Positions 24,757-37,699 of a stretch of 64,000 nucleotides of DNA are shown here, in pieces. The notes beneath the pieces were generated by a model that was given only the letters and a program-made list of their open reading frames with translations, was not told the DNA's origin and searched no databases. Every line of letters begins with the position of its first letter. The first letter of the stretch is position 1. Both the position numbers and the translations under genes were made by a program. The stretch comes from Octopus sinensis. Its lineage: Eukaryota. The DNA lies in contig NC_043003.1 of NCBI RefSeq assembly GCF_006345805.1, positions 26,288,001 through 26,352,000 on the forward strand. The letters are read 5' to 3'.

Positions 24757-24967
24757 CTCTTTTACTCGTTTCAGTCATTTGACTGTGGCCACGCTGGAGC
24801 ACCGCCTTTAGTTGAGCAAATCGACCACAGGACTTATTCTTTGTAAGTCTAGTACTTATTCAATTGGTCTCTTTGCTGAACTACTAAGTTACGGGGACGT
24901 AAACACACTAGCCTCGGTTGTCAAGTAATGTTGGGGGGGGGGGGGGCAAACACAGACACAAACATAT

Positions 24968-25020
<53 letters not shown>

Positions 25021-25186
25021 TATGACAGGCTTCTTTCAGTTTCCGTCTACCAAATCCACTCACAAGGTTTTGGTTGGCCCAAGGCTATAGTAGAAGACAC
25101 TTGCCCAAGGTGCTATGCAGTGGGACTGAACCCAGAACCATGTGGTTGGTAAGGAAGCTACTTACCACACAGCCACTCCTGCGCCT
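24757..25186 (-). mobile_element. SINE family A, full length, relatively young
   Basis: tgactgtggccacgctggagcaccgcctttag...gggactgaacccagaaccatgtggttggtaag...cagccac, with CpGs partly retained. Confidence 0.9.
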
Positions 25187-26108
25187 TAGTAGAAATAGCA
25201 GCTGAATATCCTTCAAATTTTAAAAAGGAAGGCTACGTTAAATAATGTAGTCCTAGATATACAACAACTGAATAAATAAACAGTGGTTACAGATGGAATG
25301 ACTGCTCTGTGGCTAAACAACAACTGAACATTGAAGGAAACCACCACATAATTATTGAACCATGCTAAAAATAAATCCAATTTCCTGCAAATCTCACACC
25401 TTCCAAATACACACACTGGTGTGTATTTGATCATAGGTCCTTTTGAATAGAGCTGAACTGGGCTGAATAACAAGATGGACAAGACAGAGTTTGAACCAGC
25501 AAAAAAAAAAAAAAAATATAAAGACTTTTGTAGACGTTTGTTCCCAGAGGCTTTATATAGTAAACAAGTGACTTTATCATATCTTGTATGAAGAGTACAA
25601 TTACTTTATCAGGCTATAAGATTAATAAACAGAATAAATAATAAATGCATAAATAATGTGTGAATAGAGTCATAAGTGGCTCAATGAAGGGCAGGCAGCA
25701 TCAAAGGTCTGTATTTGAACACTAGACAGATAAAAGATTGGGGCTCTTGTGAACATTTTTCATTAACAGAATTTATAAGATACAAATAAAGCTAACTCTG
25801 ACACTTGCCTTCTCTTGCATTCATTCTGTTACATAACTTATTCTTCTGACATTGGCAGATGGCCTTAAACTCCTGAAGCCATCCACAGAGAGTCATGTGT
25901 ATATACACATACAAACTGACATGCATGAATGCAAACACAAGCACTTGAACAGATACGTATGAATGCAGGCAAGATGTATGTATGCACACACAGATGAACA
26001 CTCATGCATACAGACATACACATATACAATTATGTATTATGGTAAAACATACTGATGTAAACACACACTAAAATCAAGATCAGAGAGCAAATTTACCTAT
26101 CTATTTAG

Positions 26109-26162
26109 CTCTTCCCGAAAGATTAGATCAAACAGATAAGAGACTATTAAGATACGAATGCA
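26109..26162 (+). CDS. candidate coding exon (54 nt, phase 1 to 1), product unknown
   Basis: Acceptor tttacctatctatttAG and donor GCA|GTGAGT. Only one frame is open: xLPERLDQTDKRLLRYEC. Lies in unique DNA. Confidence 0.4.
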
Positions 26163-27123
26163 GTGAGTATATTAACAGATAAATATCTATGATAGATATC
26201 TGTTTATTGTCAGTTCAAACTGAAAGTGTTTCGGTGCAAGAGACAACATTACAGCACTTAAAAGTATAAAGTCTAGATTAATTCAGAATATCACACTATG
26301 ATGATGGACTTTATTAGTTAATGTAACATGTAAGGGTTTAAAGTCCTTTGGTCCAGTTGTGGGTGTCTGGTTAAAAGTTTGCTTTGCAACCATGCGATTT
26401 TGGTTCAGCCCCACTGTACACCACCCTGGGCAGTCTTTTATAGCTCTAAGCCAACAAATGCCTACTGAGTAAAGTTAGCAGATGGAAACTTTATAGGAAC
26501 TCTGTGTGTGTATGTGTGTGTGTGCAACAGGACTCATCACTTAACCAATGTGGGTTTGCATGTCTGTAACTAAGTAGTTTGGCAAAAAAAAAAAGCTCAA
26601 TAGAATAAGTACCGAACCTAAAACATAAGTACTGGTATCAAACTGGTAAACTACACTCTTCAGGCAGTGCTCCAGCATGGCTGTAGCTAATTACTGAAAC
26701 AAGTAAATGAATAAAATAATAAAATACAACCTTAAAGATATTAAAGTAATTGCTTAACCCTATGTCAGCCTTGAAAGAGCGGAACTAAGATCAAAGGTGT
26801 GTGTCAGTCTTGACCATCCCAACTTTTTGTGTATCTAGAACTATGTTCAATATGCCCTAAATATTTACCGGCAGTAAAGTGTGATTTCATTGATTTTTCA
26901 TGCAAGTTGAGCAACCACAGAAAGACACTTCCTTTTGTTCAATTCTATTTTAGTTTAATCAATGGTATTATAAGAAAAAAAATCTAACTTGTATCATCAG
27001 GATACTATTTCTATTGTAATAATGTTCAACTTGTTTGTTCCTCCTCAAGCCATACCTGGCTCATAAGGGCCAGGATCAGTTTCCCAGTTTCAATGGCGTA
27101 TAGGCTCCGCACCTGGACAGGAC

Positions 27124-27790
27124 GCGGAATTTTTTTTCCTCACTAGAGTTCCGGACCCTATTTATGAATCATTTGCATACAGCCGATCAGAGCTCAACTA
27201 TCAAACTAATTTATGAGCGCATAACAAGTCATGGGTGATATGATAATGTCACTTGGATAGGGAATGACCATGCTTCGTTTCTCTTTTAATAATGCTTGTT
27301 GATTTTATTCTTGTTTCAACCATGGCTGCCTCTGCGTAATTATTTGTGTTGTTTACTTTGTAAAACAGTAAGGGGAGAGGGTTGCTCACACATCACCTTC
27401 TATCCACACTTTTCCCATCCACATCTTTACCATATAGGGCCCTAACAAAATCCGATTATAAGTATAGAGGCAAATTTATCTAATTACTTGTCTCCTTCAA
27501 AAATCAGGCATTACTTGGCGATCGGTCAACTTACAACACTGTTCTTTGTCTTGAGTTTACTTGGTAGAGTGTGTTTTACCAATAGATTGGTTTTTAACAC
27601 ATTCATGAATGCTATGTTGGCCTTTGCGTCTTAGCATAATCGGAGAGCTGAACAGATCTGCTCCATTGACAGCATAGCAGCCTCTGTGTAGTCATTTGTG
27701 TACAACAAGCTCAAGGTGAGCTCTAATTGGCTGTATGCAAATGAGTTAATTACTGGGGTCTGGAACTATCGTGGGAAAAAAAAATTTTGC
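27124..27790. mobile_element. Mutator-like non-autonomous element inserted in a SINE
   Basis: Imperfect TIRs of about 80 bp (left gcggaatttttttttcctcactagagttccggaccc...catttgcatacagccgatcagagctca; right reverse complement gcaaaattttttttcccacgatagttccagaccc...catttgcatacagccaattagagctca). 9-bp TSD ggacaggac/agacaggac at 27115-27123 and 27791-27799. Confidence 0.75.
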
Positions 27791-27924
27791 AGACAGGACA
27801 CCTGTCCATCACATTTCAACTTATGAATTATTGATTACTAACATTAACAAATTTTCAAGGAAGAGGAAGTGAGGATTAACTGATGACCATGCTCCATGTG
27901 CTTGACTGCTACTTATTTTCTTAT

Positions 27925-28030
27925 AGAGAGAGAGAGAATGAGAGAGAAGAGAGAGAGAGAGAGAGAAAGAAAGAGAGAGAGAAAGAAAGAAAGAGAGAGA
28001 GAGAGAGAATGAGAGAGAGAAAGAGAGAGA
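27925..28030. repeat. (GA)n-type purine microsatellite
   Basis: Direct inspection. Confidence 0.9.
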
Positions 28031-29049
28031 GGTTATCTTGGCTAATGTAGTAACAGATAACTCAGAAAAAGAGGGGAGGGTCAGATAGAATGTCTCTGAT
28101 CAGAGGTTGATCAGGTATGATATAGGGTTAAACTATTTATGTGTGTGTGTGTGTGTGTCCCATCATCATTCTTTTTGTCTACTTTCTCTACAGGCATAGG
28201 TTGCACAATGCATGCACATGCACGCGTGTGTGTGTGTGTGTGTGCATGTATGTGTGCGTACATGTGTGTGTGTATGTGTGTGTGTGTGTGCATGTGTGTG
28301 CATATGCATATGCGTGTGCATGCATATGTGTGTGTGAATTTGGGGTCTCCTTTTCTTGATATCATGTTTAGTAATTCTAAACAGATGCCATGGAGCAAAT
28401 GGTGTAATTTATTTGCAAGCTTCCATGCAAACATATCCAGCTATTGTACTGTTCATGTTGGAATAGTACAATAGGGTAAATATTACGTTGCTTGGAAAAC
28501 AGTGAAGGTCAGTGATAGCAGGAACATCCAGGTTCAGTTGCTGAAAACATTACTTCAATAAATTTCATCTAATCCATGCAAGCATGGAAGAGTGGATATA
28601 AAAATAATATCATCATTGTCATTTTAACATTCATTTTTCCACACTTACATAAGCCGGACAGAATCCTTTGACACAGATTTTCTATGACCCGTGGTTTCTA
28701 AGTAAAGTAATATTTTCCCTATGGACAGGCATGTTCACACAGAATACTGGAAATGAATGACACTGCTGATATGACAGTGTCACTCATTTACAACTGTCAC
28801 ATGCTGTCAACATTCTCGAACTGGGCTGTGTGTTGAGTTCTACACACTATTTCAGGAGGAAACAAATTCAAAGAAGCTATATTGCCACATAGAATACAGA
28901 ACTCACACGTAAGTTTGAGAATGAAAAGAAAACATCTAAACCATAATAATTAGTTGGACAAACTAAATTTTGCTGAATTAACAATTATGGATTAAATGTT
29001 TATATTACACACACACACCTATTAAGTAAGAATTCTTACTCCATGAGTA

Positions 29050-29255
29050 TTTAAACCAGCCATATCCAGTCCAAATATTTTATCTGTTTTACATTCAAAC
29101 CAGCCAGATTTGATCTCTCACACCTACCCTACAATATTTTAAAACTGCATCAATCACATTACTGAACTCTCAAAGCTATGTGATAATGTATGATTAATTC
29201 AAAACAATGTGAACAAATAAGCTTTGCATTTGACAAAAATCTGAATGCTAAAGGG
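29050..29255. mobile_element. piggyBac-derived MITE
   Basis: Ends ctgaatgctaaaggg|ttaa; body matches 19216-19432. Confidence 0.75.
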
Positions 29256-31909
29256 TTAAAATGAAAGTAGACAGAAATTGTCCAAATGAATGTATACAGT
29301 TCTTGAGAAGACCAATGTTTGGTAGAAAGCTTGCACTCTTTCAGCTGCAAAATCTTTCAATATCATTCATATTACTAGAATCCATTCAGACAGACATGAG
29401 CACAATTTTTGCAAAAAAAATATGCAAAAAAAGAATTTCATTTGGCTTACAAAGTAACTCAAAATAGGTCATATTCTTTAGTATATGGATTCATAAGCTG
29501 CTTTTTCATTGGTTGATATAACAAAAGATTTCCCCAAGGTGTACAGATTTGACTTAGGGGAACTGATGTTAATCAAATCTAGTTAGATTTTGCAAGCAGT
29601 ATAAATTTTAGAGAATATTTTACAATTAAAAGAAAAAATTTTTTTATATATTTAAATAATTTTATAAAATTTCTTTTAATAAAATAAAATGATTTCTTTT
29701 ATTAAATTAAAAAAAAATATTTATAAAATAAATAAAATTTATTAAATCATAACACAAACATTGCTGTAGGCCAGATCCAACAAGCAAGTTTCTGAGTAGT
29801 CACTCAATCTGCTAAAAATAGCAGCCAAATTCCCCTACCATCTTATAAAAGAAGAGGAAATTACATAATCAAGTTGCACATATCCCTAAAAATATTGTAT
29901 GGTAAGTCTGGTGGAACAAAGCTGAACTGAAACCAATCAACAACAGAATTTTTACAGCTATTAATTAAACAGGTGAAGATTCCTCATGATTTATTGGACA
30001 AAGTTAAACGCTTGGAATGTTGATGAGTTGGGCTCAACTATTAGCAGTGAAGCATTTCCAAATGCAAATTAAAATGATTTATTGGACTCAGATACACCAA
30101 GAAGTCAATGATATAGATACAGCAGCTGTCACCATGGAAATCCTATTAATTGCTATATTAGTGACATCATACACAGATGTGAATATAGTTTTAAAGGCAT
30201 GGCAGCATGGTTAACAAGCTTGCTTCCCAACCATGTGGTTTTGGGTTCAGTCCCACTGGGCATCATTTTGGGTAAGTGTTTCATTTTTGGGTCTTTTTCA
30301 TAATAGCCCCTAGCCAAGCAAAGTTTTGTGAATGAATTTGATAGATGGAAAATGAAAGAAACCCATTATTTATTTACATGTATATTTACATATTCATATA
30401 TGTATGTATGAAGATATGTGTAGCCTTGCCTTAACATCACATGATGGTCATAAACAAGCAGCACCATTATAGAGGTGGTGGTGTTGGTTCCCAATTTTCT
30501 ATGAACATGTCTGGCTAAAGAGAAATATTACCTTACATGGAAACAGATGAGGATTGGCAGCAGGAAGGCCATTTGGCTGTAAAAAATCTGCCTCAAATTC
30601 TGCCCAACCCATGTGAAAATACAAAGTGGAGGTTATGGTAATGATGCTGATTTGCCTACATCAAGCCATCATGCCTATGTTAACATTTAATTCTGTAAAA
30701 TATTTTTTGTTACTGGTTTCTGGTTTCAGTCCATGGAATACAGCCATGCTACAGCACTGCTTTCTCAGTTGTACTTGAATATATTCACCCCAGTACTTTC
30801 TGTACCAATTTCAAAAGGATGAAAGAAAGTCTACATTAAATTTAAAACACACACACACACTTCAAAGTGAAAAGGTACAAAATGGAAAACAAACCGATAA
30901 AAATAATTTTTCAATTTGGCCATCAAGTTTTAAATGTGGCAAATAGAATTGCACATCCTATCACAGATACAAAAGGGAAGAAGTAGGAAGGAGTTGGATA
31001 TCCTATCATATCCACCCAATCATCCTTTCTATTTTATGCAGGTCTGAAACTGAGACTTTTAGGAGCAGAGATAGTGATAGGAGAAGGGAGATATGGAATA
31101 TCAGGATATTTATGATATTTCACAACTAAATCAGCAGTAGTAAAATGGTTTTAAAAACCAAGGCCAATTCCAGCACTTGTTATAAGTACTGTAAAATTAA
31201 GGTCTTGAACCATCTGCAAAATTAAAAATTTCTTGAGATTAGCCATAGCAAGACTAAATTTCTGTAGAAGTAGTGAGCATATTTCAATTAAATTAATTCC
31301 AGTATATTGAATGGTACAAAAGCCTGGACTCCAGGCAGTTCATAATGGGAACAAGGTTTAGTATGAAATAAAACTTAATCACCAGTGATTGAATTATATA
31401 GGAACAGGTATGGCTTTATGTTTAAGAAGTTTGCATCACAACCATGTGGTAGTTTGGGGTTCAATCCTATTGTGCAGCACATGGGGCAAGTGCCTTGTAC
31501 TATGGGCACCAGTGTCTTGAGAGTAAAATAGACTTGAGAGTGTGTGGACTTGAGAGTGCGTGGAAGCTCATTGTGTGTGTGTGTGTGCATGCATGTGTGT
31601 GCATGCATGTGTGTGCATTTATGCATGCATATATACATACATACAGGACTGTTTGTTGTTACTTCTTCCACACAGTTTGACTTAGAGATTTGGCAACAAA
31701 GAGACCGATCAAGTAAATACTAGATTTAAAAAAAGTACTGGGTTTGGTTTGGTCAACTAAACTTTTCAGGGCAATGCTTCAGCATGGCTAAGGGTGAAGG
31801 ACAGAAAGAAGCAAAAAACTAAAAGCAAGAATGGTTAAGTTATATTTAAATCAATGTGTCACCTCATTATCCTCAATGTGTGTTCAAACAGATGCTCATC
31901 TACATTCAA

Positions 31910-32117
31910 CCCTTTAGCATTTAAACCAACCATATCTTCAGCCCAACATTTTCCACTTATTTTATATTTAAACTGGCCAGATTTTTCCTACCTAATAGTG
32001 TCATTATAAAAATAAGCAATCACATCATTGAAATCTTAATGCTACATAATACATGATAAATCCAAAACAATGCAATAAATAAGCATTACATTTGACAGTA
32101 AGCTGAACACTAAAGGG
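31910..32117. mobile_element. piggyBac-derived MITE
   Basis: ccctttagcattt...cactaaaggg|ttaa, left flank tcaa. Confidence 0.8.
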
Positions 32118-32159
32118 TTAAACACACTTAGCCTCCATACACACATAACCTAAGTGTCC

Positions 32160-32222
32160 AAAACTTCTGCACCATCCCGTATCAAATGTATTACATTTGA
32201 TACAGCATGGTGCAGAAGTTTT
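32160..32222. repeat. 63-nt near-perfect palindrome (hairpin)
   Basis: aaaacttctgcaccat-ccc-gtatcaaatgta-t-tacatttgatac-agc-atggtgcagaagtttt: 31-bp arms with 2 mismatches around a single central base. Confidence 0.95.
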
Positions 32223-32360
32223 AATGAACTTTCTGAAAGAAATACAAACACACAAAGAACAAAATGAAAACATTATGGCATTACATGGCCACAAAATTTA
32301 AGAAAGGTGTAGTGTACAGCTGATTTGACTGTCCCTAAGATTTTTTTGGCTGGTACTTAC

Positions 32361-32467
32361 TTGAGAGGTGAAGGCAAACACCGAAAGTGATAGTATTTGA
32401 AAAAACACAGAGGAAGAATGATGAAAGTGAATACTGTTAGCTACCAACTTTTCTACTACTCCACCAC
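32361..32467 (-). other. candidate exon (107 nt, phase 1 to 0 if coding)
   Basis: Acceptor gttgttatttattactAG and strong donor CAA|GTAAGTAC. One open frame: GGVVEKLVANSIHFHHSSSVFFQILSLSVFAFTSQ. Could be UTR. Confidence 0.35.
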
Positions 32468-33519
32468 CTAGTAATAAATAACAACAACGCAAACCCAATC
32501 GATCTTTTATAATTTGTGTCATCTCGATATAATGCTTGTCAAAATTGATTTTCTATTATTTTTCTTTTTGCTTTATGTATTTTTATTTTTGCTCCAGTTC
32601 ATCATTGAATGCGGTGTCAAATAGTGTTTATTTAATATTCATCAGAAGAAAAGCTGGGCGAAGAAGCTAAAAGACAGCTGGAGTGAGCAAGGAAGAAGAA
32701 ACCTCCTCACACTGTCTGTCTACTGTAGTGACATCTCACAGCTTCTAGGATCAAATGAAATGGGTGGAGAAGATATGATTATTCAACTAGTCACCGGTAG
32801 TTGCTCCAGTTTCAGTATGAAAATTTAATTTTCAGTCTGTCAAGTCATTCTCAGTCTGTTGAACATCCAGCCAGCAGTAACATCAGCGAAAAAGCAACAA
32901 CTATAGCTACAAGGGAACCTCTATGCAGTTGCTAGTCTTCAAGAAATAGCAACCAAATCATACCCTACCATCTTGAAAAAACAAAAAAAAAAAGGTAACA
33001 TTGAACAATATAATCATTATCATTTTAACATCTGCTTTTCTAGATTTGCATGGACCAGACAAGAATATAACGAAGAAGAGTTTTCTACGGCCAGATGCTC
33101 TTTCTCATGCCAACCTCCACCAGCACCCAAGTGAAGTAACAATATCCCAGTCTATCGAATGACAGACATTTCAGACATGGTTATGTGGAAAACTGGAAGC
33201 AATTTACACCAGCTGAATGAGACTTTTGTTTACAAAGATCAAGCAGTATATCAAGATCGGTGAAGAAATTAGAACATGCTTTTGCTGTGGATTGCAATCA
33301 AACAATGCTGCCTACATGATATGAGACTGTGTTTACTACCAATGAACACATATAAAAATGAGGGGAAATACAAAATCACTCAAATGCAGTCATAATACAT
33401 ATGACTGAAGAAGCTTGACATAATCCTCTGACCCATCAGATCCTGTCAAACCACCCAAGCCATACCAGCTGGGAGAATGGAATTTAAAAGGTGATGATGA
33501 CGATGTTATCTTTTATCTT

Positions 33520-33915
33520 ATCTTTTACTTGTTTCATTCATTAGACTGAGACCATGTTGGGGCACCACCTTTAAGAATCTTCAGTCGAATGTATCAAACC
33601 ACAGTACTTATTTATTATTTTTTTGCAAGCCTGCTACTTATCTTATTGGTCTCTCTTGCCAAACCACTAGGTAATGGGGACATAAACACACTAACACCAA
33701 TTGTCAAGTGTTTAATGAGGGGGGCAAACAGACACATGCACACACACACACACACACACATTGTGGGCTTCTTTCAGCTTCCGTCTACCAAATCCACTTG
33801 TAAGGCTTTGGTCGGCCTGAGACTATAGTAGAAGACACTTTCCAAAGGCGCTGCACAGTAGGACTGAACCCTGAACCATGTAGTTGGGAAGCAAGTTTCT
33901 TAACACACAGCCACA
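33520..33915 (-). mobile_element. SINE family A
   Basis: Similar along its full length to 24757-25186. Confidence 0.85.
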
Positions 33916-34306
33916 TACATACAGTGACCATCTTTCAGTTTGTGTTAACCAAATTCACTTATACAAAAAGACAATTGTCATGACTGCAATACCTGAACCA
34001 TAGCTCTACTCAATTTAGGCAGACATGGGGCTTACACAACAACTAAACAATGAGCTAAAGCTTGTGTGTAATGACTAAGCTTTGCATGCCTTCATTATAT
34101 ATTACAAGCGAAGACGGAATTGTTGATATCACAATTATTCCATGGTTAACAGTTGATTCACCAACAAATATCATTTACCAAGTTGGTAAACATGGTATTC
34201 ACAAGAGTGCTGGCTAAGGTAATTTTGTGGATTTTTGGACCATCTTTCATTTTCTATATCATCTTCATCATTTAATGTCCATTTTTCTTGCTGGCATGGA
34301 CTAGAC

Positions 34307-34575
34307 CAGTGGTTCCCAAAGTGGGCGGTATACCCCCCCATCCCCTGGGAGGGCAGTGGAATGTCCCAGGGTGCATTGAAGAAAAGTGGGGCAATAATGG
34401 GGTAGTGGTTCATGAAAAAACAACAAAATAATGGGTTCATTAGGTTAAGTTTTATTTGTGAAATACAGTTGCTTTGAATTTGCTTCAGAAAGAGGTCTAT
34501 GGTTAAGGTGGGGGCACTAAGAATGTAGCCTGGGTGTCAAAGGGGCAACATCCCAAAAAAGTTTGGGAACTGCTG
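34307..34575. mobile_element. hAT-like MITE
   Basis: TIR cagtggttcccaaa and (reverse complement) cagcagttcccaaa. Perfect 8-bp TSD gactagac at 34299-34306 and 34576-34583. Confidence 0.9.
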
Positions 34576-34914
34576 GACTAGACAGTTTGACAGGAGCTGG
34601 TAAGCCAGAGGGCTGCACCAGGCTCCAGTCATCTGTTTTGGCTTGGTTTCTATGGCTTGATGCCCTTCCTAATGCCAACCATTTTACAGAGTGTACTGGG
34701 TGTCACCAACATGGACTATGGCCATGATTTCACTTAGCTTGACGTGTCTTCTCAAGCACGGCAAATTGCCAGAAGTCTTGGTTGCTTGTCATTGCCTCTG
34801 TGAGGCTCAACAACCAAAGAATATTTCACCACCTCATCCCACATCTTCCTAGGTCTATCTTTTCCACAGTTTTCTTCCACAATAAGACATCAGCAGTTCT
34901 TTATGCAGCTGCTC

Positions 34915-35140
34915 TGATATATTTAGCACGCCAGGTGAAATGCTTAGCAGTATTTTGCCAGCCGTTACGTTCTGAGTTCAAATTCCGCAGAGGTTGACTT
35001 TGCCTTTTATCCTTTTGGGGTCGATTAAATGAGAACCAGTTACGCACTGGGGTCAATATACTCGACTTAATCCGTTTGTCTGTCCTTGTTTGTGCTCTGT
35101 GTTTAGCCCCTTGTGGATAGTAAAGAAATAGGTATTTATA
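34915..35140 (+). mobile_element. SINE family B
   Basis: ttagcacgccaggtgaaatgcttagc...ctgagttcaaattccgcagagg...; B-box-like gagttcaaat. Confidence 0.8.
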
Positions 35141-35639
35141 TTACCCTAATATATTTAGGGTAATGGTTGGCAGAATTGATAGGGCACTGAATAAGATACT
35201 TTGTGGTGGTTGCTTACATATCCTATATCCTACCGAGATCAATTTTACCGTCTTCCCTACCTGGATAGACAAAATAATAATGGTTGTCTCTTTCCCTCCT
35301 CTTCCTCATGAACACAACACAAACAGATTATCAGTATGTGCAGCAGAGCCATAAATACAAAGATGCATCAAGCAAAAAGTGATGACACTAACATTTCTGC
35401 AAGGATAGTCAGTGTTAATTACCACTATCATTACTACTACTACTACTACTACTACTACCACAATAACAACTGCAGCTGTCACCTTAGTCTGCACCTTGTA
35501 ATAAATGTACTGCATTTCATTCTTATTGCTGCACAGAGAGCAGAAACTGTTGTTAATGGCAACCATTAATGAATGGCCTCATCAGCAGTAGCTTCAAAAT
35601 AAATAATGCTTTCTGTTTAGGAAAAAGGCTAACAACATT

Positions 35640-36740
35640 AAAAAGGTAGAGTTAGTCAATATTATTAAACCCCAGTGCTAGTACTTCATTTTATTAACAC
35701 TGGAGGGATGAAAGGCTTGACTTAGGCAGGATTTGAACTCACAATGTAAACAGCTAGAACAAATGCTGCAAGGCATTACTGCTGTTACTCTAACGATTCA
35801 GCTAGCTTACAGCTTTAATAATAACAAAAATGGTTTCGAAATTTTGCACAAGGACAGCAATTTTACATCAAACCCCAATGCTCAACTCATGCTTATTTTA
35901 TTGATCCTGAAATAATGAATGGTAAAGATAGCCTTGGTGGAATTTGAACTCAGGACATAAAAAACAGACAAAATGCTTAGCAGCATTTTGTCCAGCATGC
36001 TAACAATTCTGCCAGCTCACATCCTTAATAATAATAATAATAATAATAATAATGATGATGATTTCGAAATTTGACACAAGGCCAGCAATTTCCAAGGGAA
36101 TGGGGAAGTCATTTACAATGCACCAATGTTCAACTGGTACTTATTTTATCATCCCCAACAAATGAAAGGCAAAGTCAACCTTGGTAGAATTTGAACTAAG
36201 AATATGAAAAGAAGACGAAATGCTGCCATGCATATTGCTTGGTGTACTAATGATTCTGCCAGATTGCAGCTTAAAAAATCCTTTCTGCTGGAAGCACAAG
36301 GCCTCAAATTTGGGAAATTGGAGGAAGGGATTAAGTTGATTACATTGACCCCAGTAGCTAACAGGTACTTACTTAATTAACCCCAAAAGGATGAAAATCA
36401 AAGTCAATCTCAGCGGTATTTGAACTCAGAACGCTGCAGCAGATGAAATACTGCTAAGCATTTCGTCGGGTGTGCTAATGGTTCTACCAGCTCAGATGTG
36501 CCTTTGCTTGCAGCTTAAATCATAAGTTTTTGAAATTTGGCAGAAGGTCAGCAAATTTCGAGGGAGTTAGTAAGTCAATTATATCACGCCAGCGGTCAAC
36601 TTGCGCTTATTTTACTGACCCTAAATGGACGGAAAACAAAGCTGACCTCAACAGCATTTGAACTCAAAATGTAAAAAGTGGGAAGAAATGCCACTAAGCA
36701 CTTTGCCCAATGTGCTAATTCTGCCAGCTCACTGCCTTTG
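35640..36740 (-). mobile_element. head-to-tail array of five SINE family B copies
   Basis: Units at about 35640, 35830, 36062, 36280 and 36525, all in the same orientation, separated by AT-rich or (AAT)n spacers. Confidence 0.85.
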
Positions 36741-37489
36741 CTTTCATAATAATCATGATGATCTTTATATAATAATTGCCACTGTAATGTTGATTGGTTG
36801 ATTCATCCAGCCAAGCTTTATACCATATAGAGAAATGAGGGACAGAATCACAGAGAGATACAGAGATGTAGGATGATAGCACATACTAGGGTAGGTGACA
36901 GTCAATGAGTAAATGAACACACACACAAACACACACACACACACACACAGTGAAAGAGATAAACTCAGAGACAGAGAAGAGGGAGTATATGTACGTTTAT
37001 ACAAACACACACACACATTATTCACACACACTCATATAATCTTTGTCAGTATTCTAGTCAGGAAACAGATCATTGAATTTCAGAGCAATGTTTAAGAAAT
37101 CTGCCAAAACTGAAGCAGTAATCACATTTGAAAATATGCCCTAGTTGCAAGAATATTTCTGAATAGGATAATTTTTCAAAAGATTCACAGTGGTGTAGAG
37201 TACTACTTCAAAAAGAGATATAAGAGATATGGAGCAGAGAGAGAGAGAGAGAAATAGGGAATTCAAGGTCAATCTATGCCAAGTGATTTCACAGCATACC
37301 TTAGCTCCATTACTATAGCAACAGTTGATACATTATGATCAGACATCGTATATAGGAAACAGTGAATAAAACATTCACTGGTATTGCAAAAGCTTGTTGG
37401 GCTGTAAAAAAAAACTGTGTGTGCAAATGAAACAGCATTGTATATAATTTATTCATTCGTTTGAAGTAGGAGCAGTACCCATATGTTGT

Positions 37490-37699
37490 CAACTCTCTTG
37501 TATTTAAACTGACCATATCTGACCCAAACAGTCTCCCTAATCTATGTTCAAACTGTCTGGATCTGGCCTCTTACAATGGCATTCTAAAAATAAACAATCA
37601 CATTATCAGAGTCTTGAAACTGAGATAATGCATGATTAATTCAAAATAATGTGAACAAATAAGCATTAAATTTGATGGAGTAATCTGAAAACTATAGGG
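37490..37699. mobile_element. piggyBac-derived MITE
   Basis: Body matches the family; right end actataggg|ttaa. Confidence 0.7.

Noticed and set aside
29260-29750. Possible NUMT
   Set aside because: No recognisable mitochondrial rRNA or protein motifs; AT richness alone is insufficient.
31041-31115. Plus-strand acceptor followed by LKLRLLGAEIVIGEGRYG, resembling a kinase glycine loop
   Set aside because: Continues ISGYL* with no suitable donor and no VAVK motif; probably coincidental.
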